A stretch of 64,000 bases of DNA from Eledone cirrhosa (Eukaryota). Location of the stretch: NCBI GenBank assembly GCA_964016885.1, contig OZ024742.1, forward strand, positions 248,558,001 through 248,622,000, read 5' to 3'. The notes beneath the pieces were generated by a model, which worked only from the letters and a program-made list of their open reading frames with translations, was not told the origin of the DNA and searched no databases. This document shows, one piece after another, positions 45,480-62,520 of this stretch. The position numbers and the translations under genes are program-made. Numbering within the stretch: the first letter of the stretch is position 1; each line of letters starts with the position of its first letter.

Positions 45480-48400
45480 CCCTATAATACTACGAAATAT
45501 CTGTAGGAATCTAGGAACCGCATCTGCACGCGGCAGCAAAATCACGCCACCACAAAATATGCCACTATTCATTACACTAGCGGACATGCACAGGCTGTGA
45601 CTGCTACTTCATTCATTTACCTGGGACACGACGGACAATTCATATGAACACTACCAGCCAAAGCCAATGCACGCATACGGCAATAACACTAACACCACAA
45701 AACACTAAATCAAACATGACGCGGTTCCTAAAATCTGCTGGTATTCAAAATGTGAGGGATTATCTGTCCCAGGAAGATGAGTGACTTTCCCTTCACTCAT
45801 CTTCCTGGGACTCAAAACACTAATAGAAATGGGACTCCAGGTCAACATCTTACCCACAATAAAAAAATCCCTGCTGCAGTAATACTGGTCCAGACGTTTC
45901 AGAAATGTACAAAAATATATCCAAAATTGGAAACTCGGACGTTTTCAACAGCGCCAATACACATCTTGTAAAAGCCTCTTCCGTCAATAAAACATTTTTT
46001 CAGCCATGATAAACCCTGCAAAAGTGAAAGAAAAAAAAAAGTTTCTAGCTTTCACACAACGCCAACTTCTTCTAATACCCCCAGTGCAACAATTTCCCTC
46101 ATTGCTGTCACTAACAAACACTAAACAGGTCCTCTGCAACAGTCAAGACAAGCCACGAGTCTAGCTTCAACATACACAAGTTGTGAGCTCTTCTATCAAT
46201 GAACAAAAGGGAAGGTCCAATTCATTGAGGACTCGGTTAAAAACCATGCACACCACATCCCTTTCTTCATCCCGACTGAGACTCATCTTGATAACTCCGA
46301 TATGGCAGCCGAAGTGAAAGTGAGGAATTTTACTACCATCCGTGTGGATCATGTCGGCAGAAGTAAGGGAGGAACTGCCTTTTTCTTCCATGAATTTTTA
46401 CAGCAGAAGGAAATAACATTCTTCATTGGCTACTGAAAATAAAGCCGATAATTCTATAGTTAGTGGGGTTTATATGTCAATCCAGACACCTATACTATTC
46501 TTCAAAGAATGCCACAACAGAATTAAACATATTATACAACATCGCCATTTGGGTAAAATATTAATGATGGGAGACTTTAATCTACCTTGTGTTCATTTTT
46601 CTACAATCAGTTTGGAACCAGGAACTTCCGCATCAACCGCTGACAAAGCAGCAGCAGAGTCACTTCTCAACTTTATGTTTCTTCCAACTTGTTCTTGCAC
46701 CAACAAGATATCAGAAAAATGTTTTGAACCTTGTGTTTAGTAAATACACTAATATTATACACAATAATACCGTTGGAAAAACCCTCCTAGCAGACTACGA
46801 AATGGTTCTCTCTATTCTGAGATTCCATCAGCTGAAAGCAAAACCCATCCATTTGATAACATGGATGTTCATAATGAAAACTTGGATGCAACCACTATCG
46901 ATCTACCAGTTGTCTGATCTTGCACACGCGTACACATCTCCACCAACATTAAAATATATTGGCAGATATTTGAAGACACTGTTACAATTATATTTTCAAA
47001 TCATACCCCGTCAAGAACTTTGAAGAAAATTAAGTGTAGAATCCCCCAAAACTGAAAGGCTATTGTCAGAATATAAAAAAAAAGAAACATACCAAAAATC
47101 AACAAACTAAAATACTGACAATAACTTACAAATTCGACTGCTATTCCACTGCACGAAATGAAAACATAAAATCTACATCAATGCGTGAAGATCATCAAAA
47201 ATAGCACAAGAAGAAATTAGGAAGAAAATCAAAGTCAACCCCAAAGTGTCCTTTCCATTTGCGTAAAAAGGGCAAGTTTATGTCTCCACTGTTGGTCTGC
47301 TTGTTGATGAAATTGGCACTCTCTAAGACAATTCGAAAACTATGGGTGACATATCGCAAAAACAATATTGGTCCGTTTTTCAGCAATCCTGATATGGCTG
47401 ATCTGGGCTGTATCTCTGATGTTAATCCTCAACACAATATCTGATATACCGTTTGGCGAACTGATGTCGAAGCGGCAATAAACAAAATTAAATATTACTC
47501 AGTAATACGCCGCGATAGGTTCTCTTCTATTGTCCTGAAGGTGGTGTGTCAACACCGACATGCAACGCCTTTAGCTACTCTGTTGAGGAACTCGCTGGAC
47601 GTTGTTTATATACCTGAAAACCTTCTGTCCCAGTCTGTTATGCCAATTTTAAAGTGAAAACAAGTCCCTTCCAGCGAATTACTGCCCGAACTCACTCACC
47701 TCTCATATCATTCAGTTATTTGAGAGTGTGCTGAGATCACAAATAATTCACTTTCTTGAAAGCAACAAATTTAACTCAAGCTTAACTCATATTGGTTTGC
47801 TTAACTCAAACCAACATAGGTGCAGTAATGACAGGGACTGTCTAACGCAAATCCTGCATCATTTTCATGACATTTTAAACACTTTGGGAGAGGGCTCAAA
47901 AACTGATGCCATATACTTTGATTTCAGCAGGGCCTTTGAAAGGGTTGATCACAACATCCTGTTGAAAACACTATCAAACAATGTGGTGTCTCTGGAAGGT
48001 TACTACAATTATTTCCTAAAACAGAGACCCCACGTTGTTGTGTTCGCCGGAACACAATCAAACTCAGCTAAAGTGAGTAGTAGCGTCCAATAAGACATTG
48101 TTGGGCCCACTTCTCTTATGGCAGTGGTTTGGCAGTATCGGTAGAGGGTCGGACGCCATGCTTTGCAGCAAAGAGTTTCGGTTCTTTATGATCTGAGTTC
48201 AAATCCCACCAAGGTTTACTTTGCCTTTCATCCTTACGGGGTCGATAAAATAAAGTACCAGTAATGTTCTGGCATAATTGCTGGCCTTGTGCCAAAAGTA
48301 GAAACAATTAGATATATCAATGACATTATGAACGTCATCAAGCCAAGCAACATAAAAATCTTCGCATAGGATTCCATGATCCAGAGTGCCATGAATTGAG

Positions 48401-48964
48401 CGGGCAACCGCTGAATATTTCAATCGGAGCTACTTTCTGTTATCAAATGGGCGAAGAAAATAACAATATGCTACTGATAATGAGTTTGAACAATTCCACT
48501 CGCGTGACTTTCAACAATACCAGATAACTGGGAGTAATTGTTGATAACTATTCAATCTAGGTTACTTATAGAAAACATCATTTGACATAGCCAGCAGGTT
48601 GTGTACTTTCCAGTCGAGCAATATTCACAGCCTTATCCTTCTCTTCTTTGCTTTAGCCCGGCTCAACCCTCAATACTGTTGTCCACCGTGGTCTGCCGAC
48701 ACAACTCAAAGTTTTACGAGAATCACACCAAAACACATAAAAACAGAAACAGATCACATAAAATTAAAAATGTGTCAGGACAAATTCCTCCAAGATAAAC
48801 CGGATAAACCCCCCTCCTTCCGTATATTTCTCTGAAATCAGTAATTCTCTACTTGAGTGGGCCAAGGTGTCCAGATCATGATTCGAACGACTTCCGCGGG
48901 TGGTGCTATTAAGTGAGATATGGCCTGGGTCAATACTGGCCGAAACCTCTCAAAGTTATAAAAG

Positions 48965-48968
<4 letters not shown>
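45480..48968 (+). mobile_element. Decayed CR1/L2-group LINE (APE endonuclease plus RT), interrupted by a SINE
   Basis: ILMMGDFNLP (APE); DAIYFDFSRAFERVDHNILL, SSSVQ*...GPLL and YINDI..IFA*DS (RT); short repeated tail AAAGTTATA. Confidence 0.8.
48120..48309 (+). mobile_element. SINE family S inserted in the LINE RT between the GPLL and YIND motifs
   Basis: Full family S match splitting collinear RT motifs. Confidence 0.9.
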
Positions 48969-49039
<71 letters not shown>

Positions 49040-49777
49040 CCAGAGGTGTTTATTTCCAGGTACCTTATGAATTTGACTTTCCGTATTTATTACTGTTGTG
49101 AAATTTTGTGGCTTTTTTTGGTTGTAACTTCTCTGTTTTTTAGCCTAAGAAAATATATATATATGCCTACGTATATAATTACATGCATATATTTATTTTT
49201 TTATTTTCAATTGAGTTCTTAAACACGTTGGATTGATAATGTTTTCAAAAAAACTAATTAACCCGCGTGTATATTATTATTTTTTTCCTTATTTCGTGGA
49301 TCGTGGGTTGTCTCCCCTTCCCGCTTCGTGTCGCTATGATACTTCCTCAGTCAAAAACTGCTGGAATTACAAATTTGGCGGTCATTCGAGGTGGGAGAGA
49401 GCAACTTTACGGACACGATTTTTGACAGCGGTAAGAAATTGTTTTCTTATATCAATGTTTAATGGGCTTCCACTGATGATTTATAAGTGCCCACCTAAAT
49501 ATATTCTTACATGAATAAATATTAGGCTTCTACATAAACTGGAAACATTCCCCCAACTTGTCGAAAACTTATAATGAAACAATTGTTTGGAAAGGGACAT
49601 ATACTTTAACTTTAATTATGTCTCATAAAATAATACAACTGGTTTTACCACATTATACATATTGTTAGCACCCCAAACACTTAAATTGGGTTTATATTTT
49701 AATATAACCTAATGTTTGTTGAGTGTGATGGTTACCAGTCAGAGTTTAGCTTTAAACTATCTCTGTTATTGTATTAA

Positions 49778-49939
<162 letters not shown>

Positions 49940-50394
49940 GTATATATATATATGCATTTAACTATTATTTGTTACCCCGTATATATATATATATATATAT
50001 TCTGCTCCGTAGGACCATGGAGTGCTCAACCGGCATACCGCCTATGGACGCATCTTAGCTACCAGAGGGCATATATATATATATAGAAATAGAGATAGAG
50101 AGAGATAGAGAGAGTGACTGAGAGAGAGAGACGAGAGTTTTATCAAGTATTATTTTTAAAGTTATTATTAAAGAGTTTACTGGATTTACGAACGGTCCCT
50201 TAGACTAATCGGTAGCATTCATAAATTATCGATTAATTATACATGTTTAAACTTTTATTTTTGTATATATGCTCTATAAAAGTACACCACTACAGAGACT
50301 TGAATCTATCGATTTGATTTAAACTCTGGGTGTTTTTTACGTAAATGTTTGTGTCTTATATCATTTTTCTTAGCCTTTTAGTGACTGACTCCCG

Positions 50395-50512
<118 letters not shown>

Positions 50513-51271
50513 GTACAAAGACACATATATAGTGGAAGTCTTTTTCAATTATGACAACTTTTGGGACATTGGCAAAAAAACTTGTCATTGATGTTGTTGA
50601 GGCTGATATCGCCTTACAAGGCTTATCAGAGCAGGTAGAGACTTACAACTAATACCACACAGTGTGTAGGTCCGAGTACGTTTCCTACTTGCATCAGTTG
50701 GATTTGTGGTGCTGTGTTAGAACCCCTGCTGAGTGAAACGCGTTAGTATAGACTGTTCTTGAATATGACGTCTGCTATGGTTTAGTAGCTCAGCCTTTGC
50801 CATGCATACATGTCCGCATCGCTCACAGATTGGAGTCTCTTTCGAAACCCGATCCAGAACAGAGTTATATTTCGCATATGTTTAGCTGCTCACTTTACTT
50901 CAGTATAGGCCCTGTTACAATTCCTTAACATAGTTATCAAAGAGATTTCGTTACTCTGCTACTACTGTTACAAGAATTTCGCGCAGTATTTACGGCACTT
51001 GTGTGGCTTGCCCTGAAAGAATTTGCCATGCAACAGCCCGCTACAGTTTACATGGATTTTGAGTTTGCGGTCCTCTTGGCGTAAAATGTAATCTGATCAA
51101 CGAAGACGCTCTTACATGATCACGACGCTTGGTGGACAGGCCCGTTGCAGCATATAATTAATCCGTGTATGAAACTTCCGAGATGATTTGAATATTGAGA
51201 GAGCAAACAATATTTGTAGAAACGTTCGAGGCGCTGGATATGCCCACAGAATTTTATATATTTATATATCA

Positions 51272-51425
51272 TCGTTTACTGTCCATCTTCCACGCTAGCA
51301 TGGGTGAGACGGTTTTGTTCCATTAGATGCGGGAATGGTCGGGAAATCGTGTCTCGCGCGTACGGAAGTGTCGGTGGCAGGTTTTTTTCACAGCTGGATG
51401 CCCTTCCTAACACCAACCACATATA
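51272..51425 (-). mobile_element. Fragment of a second SINE/RTE-tail repeat family
   Basis: Minus strand GGTTGGTGTTAGGAAGGGCATCCAGCTGTG...CCCATGCTAGCGTGGAA resembles a common invertebrate SINE motif (recall only). Confidence 0.4.
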
Positions 51426-51493
51426 TGTGCCCAAATAGTAAATGGAAACAACAAAGTAGATAACACAGTATAATGAACTGATAGTTTAATGCT

Positions 51494-51563
<70 letters not shown>

Positions 51564-52185
51564 CCAATGATCGTTGGCAAATCACTGATGAGGGACTCAT
51601 TTTATAACATGTTATCCATGTGCAACCATGCAGTATTCTTCTCCCCCATTTTTTTCATATATTTACCTAAACTGCGATTCTGTGTTTCTCTCTTTCTCTC
51701 TTACTGCTCCCTCGTTCTCTCAGTTTCTCTTAGTTTCTTTCGTCCCCTCTGTCATGTCAGTTAACACTTTCTCTCTACTGACCTCTTCCTCGCACTCCCA
51801 CTCACGTAGTCCCTGTTTCTCCCCTTCTTACTTCCTCCCGTTCGCTTCGAAAACGATTTTCCTTCTTTCTAACATCGGATTCACTCGCGAAAGGTCTGTT
51901 TCTAACTCGCACATATATTCACACAGCTTATGCTGAAAGAATAACCATGTTGCTTGTGTTTATTTCCATCTTCGGTTAGCTTTCCCCTGTGTTGTTTACT
52001 TGTCTCACTCGCTTTACGCGTTTCTATTGTCCTAATAACTTATTTTAGTTATTATCGTTCCAACGTGAGGTATATGATTTTTAATGCGATGAAACACCAA
52101 TGATCGTTGGCAAATCACTGATGAGGGACTCATTTTATAACATGTTATCCATGTGCAACCATGCAGTATTCTTCTCCCCCATATT

Positions 52186-52806
<621 letters not shown>

Positions 52807-52965
52807 TATAACTGCTCTGTAGAACAACTGATGTTATTACATTGAGCTATTTATCTTACTGGTAATAAGGTAGTAATTAATTACTGTCTTTCACTGTTTA
52901 GGGTTTAAAATATATATAACTATAAAAGGTTTTAGTATATACATAACCATAAATAGTATCCTTAA

Positions 52966-53022
<57 letters not shown>

Positions 53023-53324
53023 TGTGTGAGTGCGTGTGTGTGTGTACGTATGTGTGTGTGTGCCTTTGTGTGTGAATTATATTATTATATTTATTCCTTT
53101 TACGCAGAATTAAATATAATATAAATGACTTTATCTCACATTCATCTTTGGTTTATTTATGCTCTATGACATTTACCTCTTTTAGTTGTTGATGTTATAA
53201 GTAAATGCACTTTTAAATCTTCTTGCCATATACAAATAAAGTTTTTCTCCCGACATGTCAAACTTATTTATACTCACATAAACACACACACACATACACA
53301 CGCACACGCATACACACACACACA

Positions 53325-53401
<77 letters not shown>

Positions 53402-53590
53402 ATATATATACATGCATACATACAAATATACAAATATATACATATATACAAATAGACATATTTTATTAAATATTCATAAATTTTCCTCGTATTATATATT
53501 TATTCAATAGCTTAGATGCACTTGTCTGTATACGAAGGTAGAATTTTATATGTCGCTAGACCACAGCATGGAATGTAAGTGTATACATTC

Positions 53591-53671
<81 letters not shown>

Positions 53672-54490
53672 CATACATATATATACGTATGTATGTATGT
53701 ATGTACTCATAAGAGTCAACGATCATCCAAAAGTGTGTAAATATGTATATACACATGTACATATGTATGTATATGTGTATATGCATGAGTGCATTAGTAC
53801 GTATATGCGCGGGGACATAGAAATAGTCGGGCTGGACACCCAATCGCGCGGTTAAACCACTTGGAGTGAAGGACCCCTAGCTTTTGTCGGTGCATTCTTC
53901 TAGGAGAAGGCAACTCAGGAAACTGGGATAACTCTGACAAAAAACCTGCGGCTCAGTAGTTACCGATGATGTTGATATTTTCTTCTTTTCGGGTTATAGC
54001 TACTGTTGCTCAGAGAGTGGGATTGGCTCAGTGCACAGTCTTTCCTCACTTTAAAAGATATTGCACGAAAGAATTAATTATTAATTATTAATAATGGTAT
54101 ATTGTGCAATGGCCATACTCGATAACGAGGGGGCAGCCATAGTCATGTATGTATGTATGTACGTATATATATATATGAGTGTGTGTGTGCATATATATAT
54201 GTGAATATATGTGTCTGCGAGTATGTGTGTAAGCTAATTTGACATGCCGAGAGTTTATATGATTGGAAACATTTATATAGACCGTTGCTTTATCGTAAGA
54301 TAAATACACATACGGTTACGGTTCGTAGCTTACAGGTAATCGAGACATTGTGAGTTCAATTATTGGATATGTTGTCTTCTTGAACACTATACAAAACTCT
54401 ACAAATGAGTTGCCATGTCTTTAGTGCCAAGCTCGGTACTATCCTATGGTCATTTATATTTGTGTGTGCGTATATATATATATATATATG

Positions 54491-54660
54491 ATTCTTTCTA
54501 ATTTTGGCAAATGGCCAGCTATTATTCCAGTGCATTACTGGTACTTTATTTTGTTGAACCTCTAAGGATAAAAGGCAAAGTTAACCTCGTGTGGATATGA
54601 ACTCAGGCCGTAAAGGGCTGTAAATCTATGCTGCAAAGCATATCGTCCGCACCTCTGCCG
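54491..54660 (-). mobile_element. Diverged SINE family S copy
   Basis: GTGCATTACTGGTACTTTATTTT...AAGGCAAAGTTAACCTCG. Confidence 0.8.
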
Positions 54661-54705
54661 TTAATACCTGTGTGTGCATGTCTTTAGTACATATGCATGC
54701 GGGCG

Positions 54706-54775
<70 letters not shown>

Positions 54776-55130
54776 CACACACACCTATATATATATATAT
54801 ATATATATAAATAAGGTATGTAAGCTTATGCAGGCATGCGCATGCACTTCTGAAAAAAGTACAAGAACGCATGCCTCAAACATAAGCAGAAATAGAGACG
54901 TGCACGATATATAAAATATTCAAACATAAATATGCAAAGAGCAGTATAGGCTTCTATCTGAAATTTAGCGATATAAGCATCGGTTTATATCACATAAATA
55001 CCGGGAAATGCATACAGAAGGATGCATTGAATGAAAGGAAAAGAAAACCGAGTGCAAAGTACGATCAAGTGTCACACAAAATACATGTAAAACATGTATA
55101 GTAACGGTAATGCGCGAAACAGTGTGGTAG

Positions 55131-55183
<53 letters not shown>

Positions 55184-55325
55184 GGACACACACGCACACA
55201 CAATCACACACACATGCACACGCACACACAGACAGAGACACATATATATATATATATATATACATACACCTTTAATCATTCTATGCGAAACCTCCAGTTT
55301 GGTTGAAAGAAATGATGTGTGTATA

Positions 55326-55393
<68 letters not shown>

Positions 55394-55395
55394 CC

Positions 55396-55459
<64 letters not shown>

Positions 55460-55464
55460 CCTAC

Positions 55465-55505
<41 letters not shown>

Positions 55506-55606
55506 ATACATTAACGGAGCCATAGACTCTCGCCATTCCCGTTTTTCCCTGTTTTATTGGTAGCGCACTGTATCTCTCTCTAGTCTGTTACCCTTTCAAC
55601 ATATTG

Positions 55607-55679
<73 letters not shown>

Positions 55680-55702
55680 GATATATTTAGATATATTTAT
55701 AT

Positions 55703-55752
<50 letters not shown>

Positions 55753-55992
55753 ATATATGCATATATTTGTAAGTGTGGTATACAATATGGACATGCGTGA
55801 ATTAAACGTGTAGTGATACGAAAAGAAAGGGAATGCAAACTATATGTACTCGTAATTCAAACACGTATACCCCAAGAAAAAAAAATATACGTACAGATAC
55901 GTACTAGAGAGAGAGAAGAGAAACATGTGTGTATTAATATATATGAATATCTCTCTATGTCTCTTTCTCTCTCTCTATATATATATATACAT

Positions 55993-56104
<112 letters not shown>

Positions 56105-56149
56105 CTATATATGTATATATGTATAGATACACATGCATATGTATATGTG

Positions 56150-56203
<54 letters not shown>

Positions 56204-56581
56204 GAGAGAGTGATGGAGACAGAGAGTGAGATAAAGAGAATAAGAGAGATAGAGAAATATATATATATAGAGAGAGAGAACGTGATAGATATTTTGATAA
56301 ATTGATACGTAGATACCCATGAACAAAACTACTCCTAAACATAGACACATGAATAAATATATACATTTATTCATTGAATTGTTCTATGTAAACTAGACGT
56401 ATGTCCAGTCGAATGGTCAATATTACCATAGCATCGTTAGTGACTAGCCATGTCCAAAAATGTGACCAAACATAAGGAAGAAGCTTAAAGTCAAACGCTA
56501 CATATAAATATGTTACTAAAACCTATATAATTGCAAATACGAATATAAATGTACCAACACGTAAACGCACACACAATACAG

Positions 56582-56612
<31 letters not shown>

Positions 56613-56779
56613 AACACACACACTGATATATATATATATACATATATATATGTGCGTGACTGTGTATATATCACAGCTTACACTTCCAATACCACCGTCA
56701 CGATTCCTAATAGTGTTATGCTATACATGTACATGGACTCTAACCTCAATGTGTGCATATTAATTTAAATATATATATA

Positions 56780-56845
<66 letters not shown>

Positions 56846-56856
56846 TATATATATAC

Positions 56857-57348
56857 ATTGTTATACTTTGGGAGGGTCATGTTGCCAATAAGAAACACAC
56901 GCACTAGAAGCTTTCACTTCAATTTATTATAATAAATTTATAAATTTAGGAATTTATAAATTTCTGTTTGGTTGGTTGGTTCCACAACCAGATGATTGTT
57001 TATATATTGTCAAAGTTCTTTCGTCACACATTATGTGACCTCTTCAGTGACTGGGATGTAACACATGCGCAAACTAAGCACACAACACACGCAAAAACCA
57101 GATGGCGTAGGACAGAACAAAGGAGAGGAACAAAAACAAAGAAAAGAATCCCCAGTCACTGAAGATGTCACAGCATGTGAGACGAAATAACTTTGAAAAT
57201 ATATAAACACTCATCTGGTTGTGGAACCAACCAACCAACCGGAAATTTATAAATTCCTAAATTTATAAATTTATTATAATAAATTGAAGTGAAATCATTG
57301 TGCGTGTGTTTCTTATTGCCAACATGACCCTCCCAAAGTATAACAATA
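56857..57348. mobile_element. ~200-bp inverted pair with HHR-like cores (57009-57051 minus, 57155-57197 plus)
   Basis: GTCA-CTGAAGA-G-GTCACA..TGTGAC-GAAA-GAACTT-TGAC; terminus ATTGTTATACTTTGGGAGGGTCAT shared with 26948 and, approximately, 63613. Confidence 0.65.
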
Positions 57349-57401
57349 TCGGTTCCAACACACGTTTTCAGATAAAGAATCTTGCTAAACAAATTCAGAA
57401 G

Positions 57402-57436
<35 letters not shown>

Positions 57437-57438
57437 TG

Positions 57439-57529
<91 letters not shown>

Positions 57530-57616
57530 ATGTATATATATAATTGGTGTTGGATGCCTAAAGCGTCCGTACGCGGTAGGCCGTTTGAGCACTCTATGCT
57601 CTCATAGAGCAGAGTA

Positions 57617-57857
57617 TGATATCACAGATAAAAGGAGAATCAGTGTTGCGACGAATGGAATTTATTTGAAATATTACAATCGTTTCTCTGGCGACCATCT
57701 CTAGGCACGATCGATGTGATGATCTGAAAATCGCAGAAAATGTTCAGAGTCAGGTTCGATCACCACATCGATCGTGCCTCGAGCTGGTCGCCAGAGAAAC
57801 CTTTGCAATATGTGCAATAAATTACATTCGTCGCAACACTGATTCTCATTTTTTTCT

Positions 57858-57863
<6 letters not shown>
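57617..57863. mobile_element. ~100-bp inverted pair retaining only an HHR 3' half (GAAAC-GATT-GTA)
   Basis: GAGAATCAGTGTTGCGACGAATG...CGATCGATGTG and its reverse complement; TA tract on the right. Confidence 0.5.
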
Positions 57864-57896
<33 letters not shown>

Positions 57897-57947
57897 GTTT
57901 TCTATTCTCCCTCTCTCTCTCTCTATATATATATATACGTTTTCTAT

Positions 57948-58036
<89 letters not shown>

Positions 58037-58573
58037 GTGATTTTTGCGTGTGTGTATGGAGAATTGTTTGTTTACTGTACCACTGTATACTGTATATACA
58101 TTTTATCATCTTACTATAAAGCTAGTCAAAATAATTCTTTGCAGTTGGAACACACTTATTTTGATGTTGATAGAATGGATGTAGGCATGAGGGCGCCATT
58201 CATAAAACACCACTCTCCATCATTCCGGAAATCTACTCAGCAGAAGGAATCGACCACGACACTTTCTCTAAATCTATTTAATGTACTTGGCCATTGTGCA
58301 TCTTTAAAGAAATTGCATGAATCTACACCGCACCCTCCACCACTTCGCTGTCTCACTCTTGCTACAATGAATTATTTCTCTCCTTGTGTTGCTCGAATTC
58401 TCTCGAAATATATGTATATTTAAAATCCTATCTATCATTCTACTCATATGCATCTGTATATCTTTAAATATACATATGATCTGCTTTGCATACATACAAA
58501 GAGACTCATGCACACACATTTATGTATATATATATATATAAATGCATATATACATATGTCTCTCTCTCTATAT

Positions 58574-58782
<209 letters not shown>

Positions 58783-59311
58783 ACATATATATATGTGCAT
58801 GTATATGGGTGTGCGTGTGTGTAAAAGGTAATCAAACGACACAGTACTCTTGTCCATCATCAAAGGATGAATATAGAAATAGAAGATAAATAGAATGATA
58901 AAGAGTAAGAACGTGGGAAAAAAATGAGAAAAAAAGAGAAGAAAAGTAACATATGAGTATTCAGTCAGCCATTTTTGAGATTATATATATATATATATAT
59001 TATTGGCATCCGTCGGACTCGAAATATCATTGGTCTGCGTCTGGAGAATGTTTCCCCACCCATCTCTCCAAATACGCTCTTTTGCCTTTGATGACCTCAC
59101 CTATTCTGCATTTTAGTGCAGCTGTCTCGCTTTGGGTTGAGGTGATGATAGTTTTATGCCCTCATACATTCCTCGAATGTTATCTGTGTCAAATGATAGC
59201 TGGGGGCTATTTGAAGTGCATATGACGAGGATAATTTTTTAAGCAGTGCGAGCTCATCCCCACTGATACGCCTTGGCCTAGCCACACACATTCACACACA
59301 CATACACACAT

Positions 59312-59379
<68 letters not shown>

Positions 59380-60839
59380 GTGTGTGAGAGAGTGTGTGTG
59401 TGTGTGTGTGTGTGTGCATATTGACACCCTGTACATTGTACTTCTCTGTGTCAGTTTTCGTTGTACAACATCTAAAATAAACCATATAATCTTTCATTCC
59501 CTCAAGAATATATTTTAGATATGTATTCGTCTCGAACGTCGAACGCCAATCGTTTCTTTTTGATTTAATGAAAACTACGATGCTACTCTTAAACTATTTG
59601 TATTGAAGTATGTGGTATGAATTTACCACACAGCTGTTATGTTTCATGAAGAGATTTTACAGTAACATATCTACAATATTGTGAGTAATATGTCTAGTAT
59701 TACAGTTGTGAGTTGTATCTGGAATTCGCTGAAACTTGTGTCTCTAAATGACCTGTCAAACAAATAAATGAAAGAGTTTTTCAATATAAGAAAATCACTT
59801 AATATATAATGCAAACGCCTTCTCTGTATATACATGCACACCGACACACGCACTCAGATATGTAAATTCATAGATGACGAAAAAACAGCATTTTAGACCT
59901 CTATAGCTATGCAAATAGAATATCTATGTTAAAAATACCAATAACAAATTTGTTGTTATAGGTTGGAAATATGTCATTCGTCATATACATTACGGAGAAA
60001 TAGCCGTTTAACGAATGAAAAGGTTACAGCAACTTCATATGCCTGCATGTTAATATAATTGAACTATATATATATAAATAAATACGGATTTCGTGGAGGA
60101 TTTCTAACGAATGTTACAGTTCCTGGCCTGTAGGAGTCATTTCTATGATACACTTAGAATATCTATACTCTACTAATGTATTGCGTATTTTTTATAGTGT
60201 TCGCCATTCGACTAACACGGGGACCCTACATATATGTATGTATGTATGTATGTATGTGTATAACTATATATAGATACTCGATACATGTATATATACATTT
60301 ATATATACATACTCGATAAATGTATATATATGTATATATATATTTAAAATATGTGTATATATATATATATAGATTTATATATATATATATATATATGTGT
60401 GTATGTGTACGTTAACCTATACCCGATAATCGGTGTTGTGGTGCATCCAGTACATTTTGCGAAATAAAATAATACCTGTGTTAGATTCTTAATCATTTGA
60501 AAAAAAAAAAAGATTTAACTCTTTGCTTTCAGTTACTGAATACTTCTTTATTCATACAGCGGATATCACTATCGTCTTACTGTGTGATATATTATATCAT
60601 ATTATGAGATATTATCTGCACGGCACGGCGTTGTAGATCGGACATCGTGGATAGAAAGATATTTCAGAAGAACAACAACAGCAACAAGAATAATAACAGA
60701 AGAAATAAAAAAGTAAAAGACTCAGTGCAACTACGTTATAGACCAAAAGAAATTTATTATTCTTTATATGACCGAGAGATAAATGAAAGAAGATTTTTTT
60801 TTTTCAAATTTATGTAACAATGATGGCTGTATTGATAGC

Positions 60840-62520
60840 GGTATAATTGTGGTGGAGTTATTTGTGTTGTTGTTGCTGCTGGTGGTAATGGCGGTGTTGT
60901 TGATTGTGGTGGTTCTGTTGGTGGTGGAGGTGGTGGTGGTGATGGAGGTTGATTGTAGTGGTGGTAGTGGTGGTGGTGGTGGTAATGGTGGTGGTGATAG
61001 TGGTGTTGTTGATTGTGGTGGTTCTGTTGCTGGTGGAGGTGGTGGCGGTTCTGTTGCTGGTGGAGGTGGTGGCGGTTCTGTTGCTGGTAGAGGTGGTGGT
61101 GGTGGTGATGGAGGTTGATTGTAGTGGTGGAGTGGTGGTGGTGGCTCTGTGGGTAGTGGTGGTGGTGTTGATGATTGTGGTGGTTATGTTGCTGGTGGAG
61201 GTGGTGGTGGCGGTGGTGGTGGTAATAGTGGTGTTGTTGATTGTGGTGGTTCTGTTGCTGGTGGAGGTGGTGGTGGTGATGGAGGTTGATTGTAGTGGTG
61301 GAAGTGGTCGTGGCGGTGGTAATGGTGGTGGTGATAGTGGTGTTGTTGATTGTGGTGGTTCTGTTGCTGGTGGAGGTGGTGGCGGTTCTGTTGCTGGTGG
61401 AGGTGGTGGCGGTTCTGTTGCTGGTAGAGGTGGTGGTGGTGGTGATGGAGGTTGATTGTAGTGGTGGAGTGGTGGTGGTGGCTCTGTGGGTAGTGGTGGT
61501 GGTGTTGATGATTGTGGTGGTTATGTTGCTGGTGGAGGTGGTGGTGGCGGTGGTGGTGGTAATAGTGGTGTTGTTGATTGTGGTGGTTCTGTTGCTGGTG
61601 GAGGTGGTGGTGGCGGTGGTAATGATGGTGGTGATGTGGTGTTGTTGATTGTGGTGGTTCTGTTGCTGGTGGAGGTGGTGGTGGTGGTGGTGGTGGTGGT
61701 GGTAATAGTGGTGTTGTTGATTGTGGTGGTTCTGTTGCTGGTGCTGGTGGTGGTGGTGGCGGTGGTAATGGTGGTGGTGATACTGGTGTTGTTGATTGTG
61801 GTGGTTCTGTTGCTGGTGGAGGTGGTGGTGGTGATGGTTATGGTTCTGTTGGTGGAGGTGGAGGTGGTGATGGTGTTTGTGGCGATACTGTTAGTGGTGG
61901 TGAAGGTGGAGGTTGTGGTGGTGGTTCTGTTAGTTTTGGTGGAGGTGATGATGGTGATGGTGATGTTGTTGTTTGTGGTGGTTCTATTGGTGGAGGTGGA
62001 GGTGGTGGTAGCGAATGTGAGTAGTTCTGTTGGTGGTCTAGGTGGTGGTGGTAGTGATTGTGGTGGTCATGTTGGTGGAGGATGCAGTAGAGGTGATGGT
62101 TATAGTGGTTGTGATGGTATCTTGAGATATTAATGGCGGTGGTGGCATGGGAAATGTATTGATGAGGATGGGGATGATGGGGTTGATAGTGGTGGTATTG
62201 GTGGTTGTAATAATAATAGTTGTGTTGATGAGGAGGATGTTTGCGAATTGTTGGTGAAACTGATGGTGTTTTTGCCGAAGACGATGTTGAATGTGGATGG
62301 AAAAATGGTGATGATGATTGATGAATATGATGATGATGATGATATATAATGATGATTTCATTGATGATGAGGTTGATAATTACTATGGTATTGTTGGTGG
62401 TGATAATGAGGATGGTGAATGTCACGATGGAGGGAGTGAAGGGATGTGTGTTGGAAAGGACGATGATGTTGTTGATGATGATAACTATATTAGTAAAAAT
62501 GATGATTTTGTCATAACAAA
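60840..62520. repeat. Degenerate (GGT)n/(GAT)n array with a 337-bp internal tandem duplication
   Basis: GATGGAGGTTGATTGTAG at 60941/61278 and 61107/61444. Confidence 0.9.

Noticed and set aside
53805-54070. GC-richer island possibly an RTE 5' UTR or HDV-like ribozyme
   Set aside because: Could not assemble the nested double pseudoknot by eye; single copy in the window
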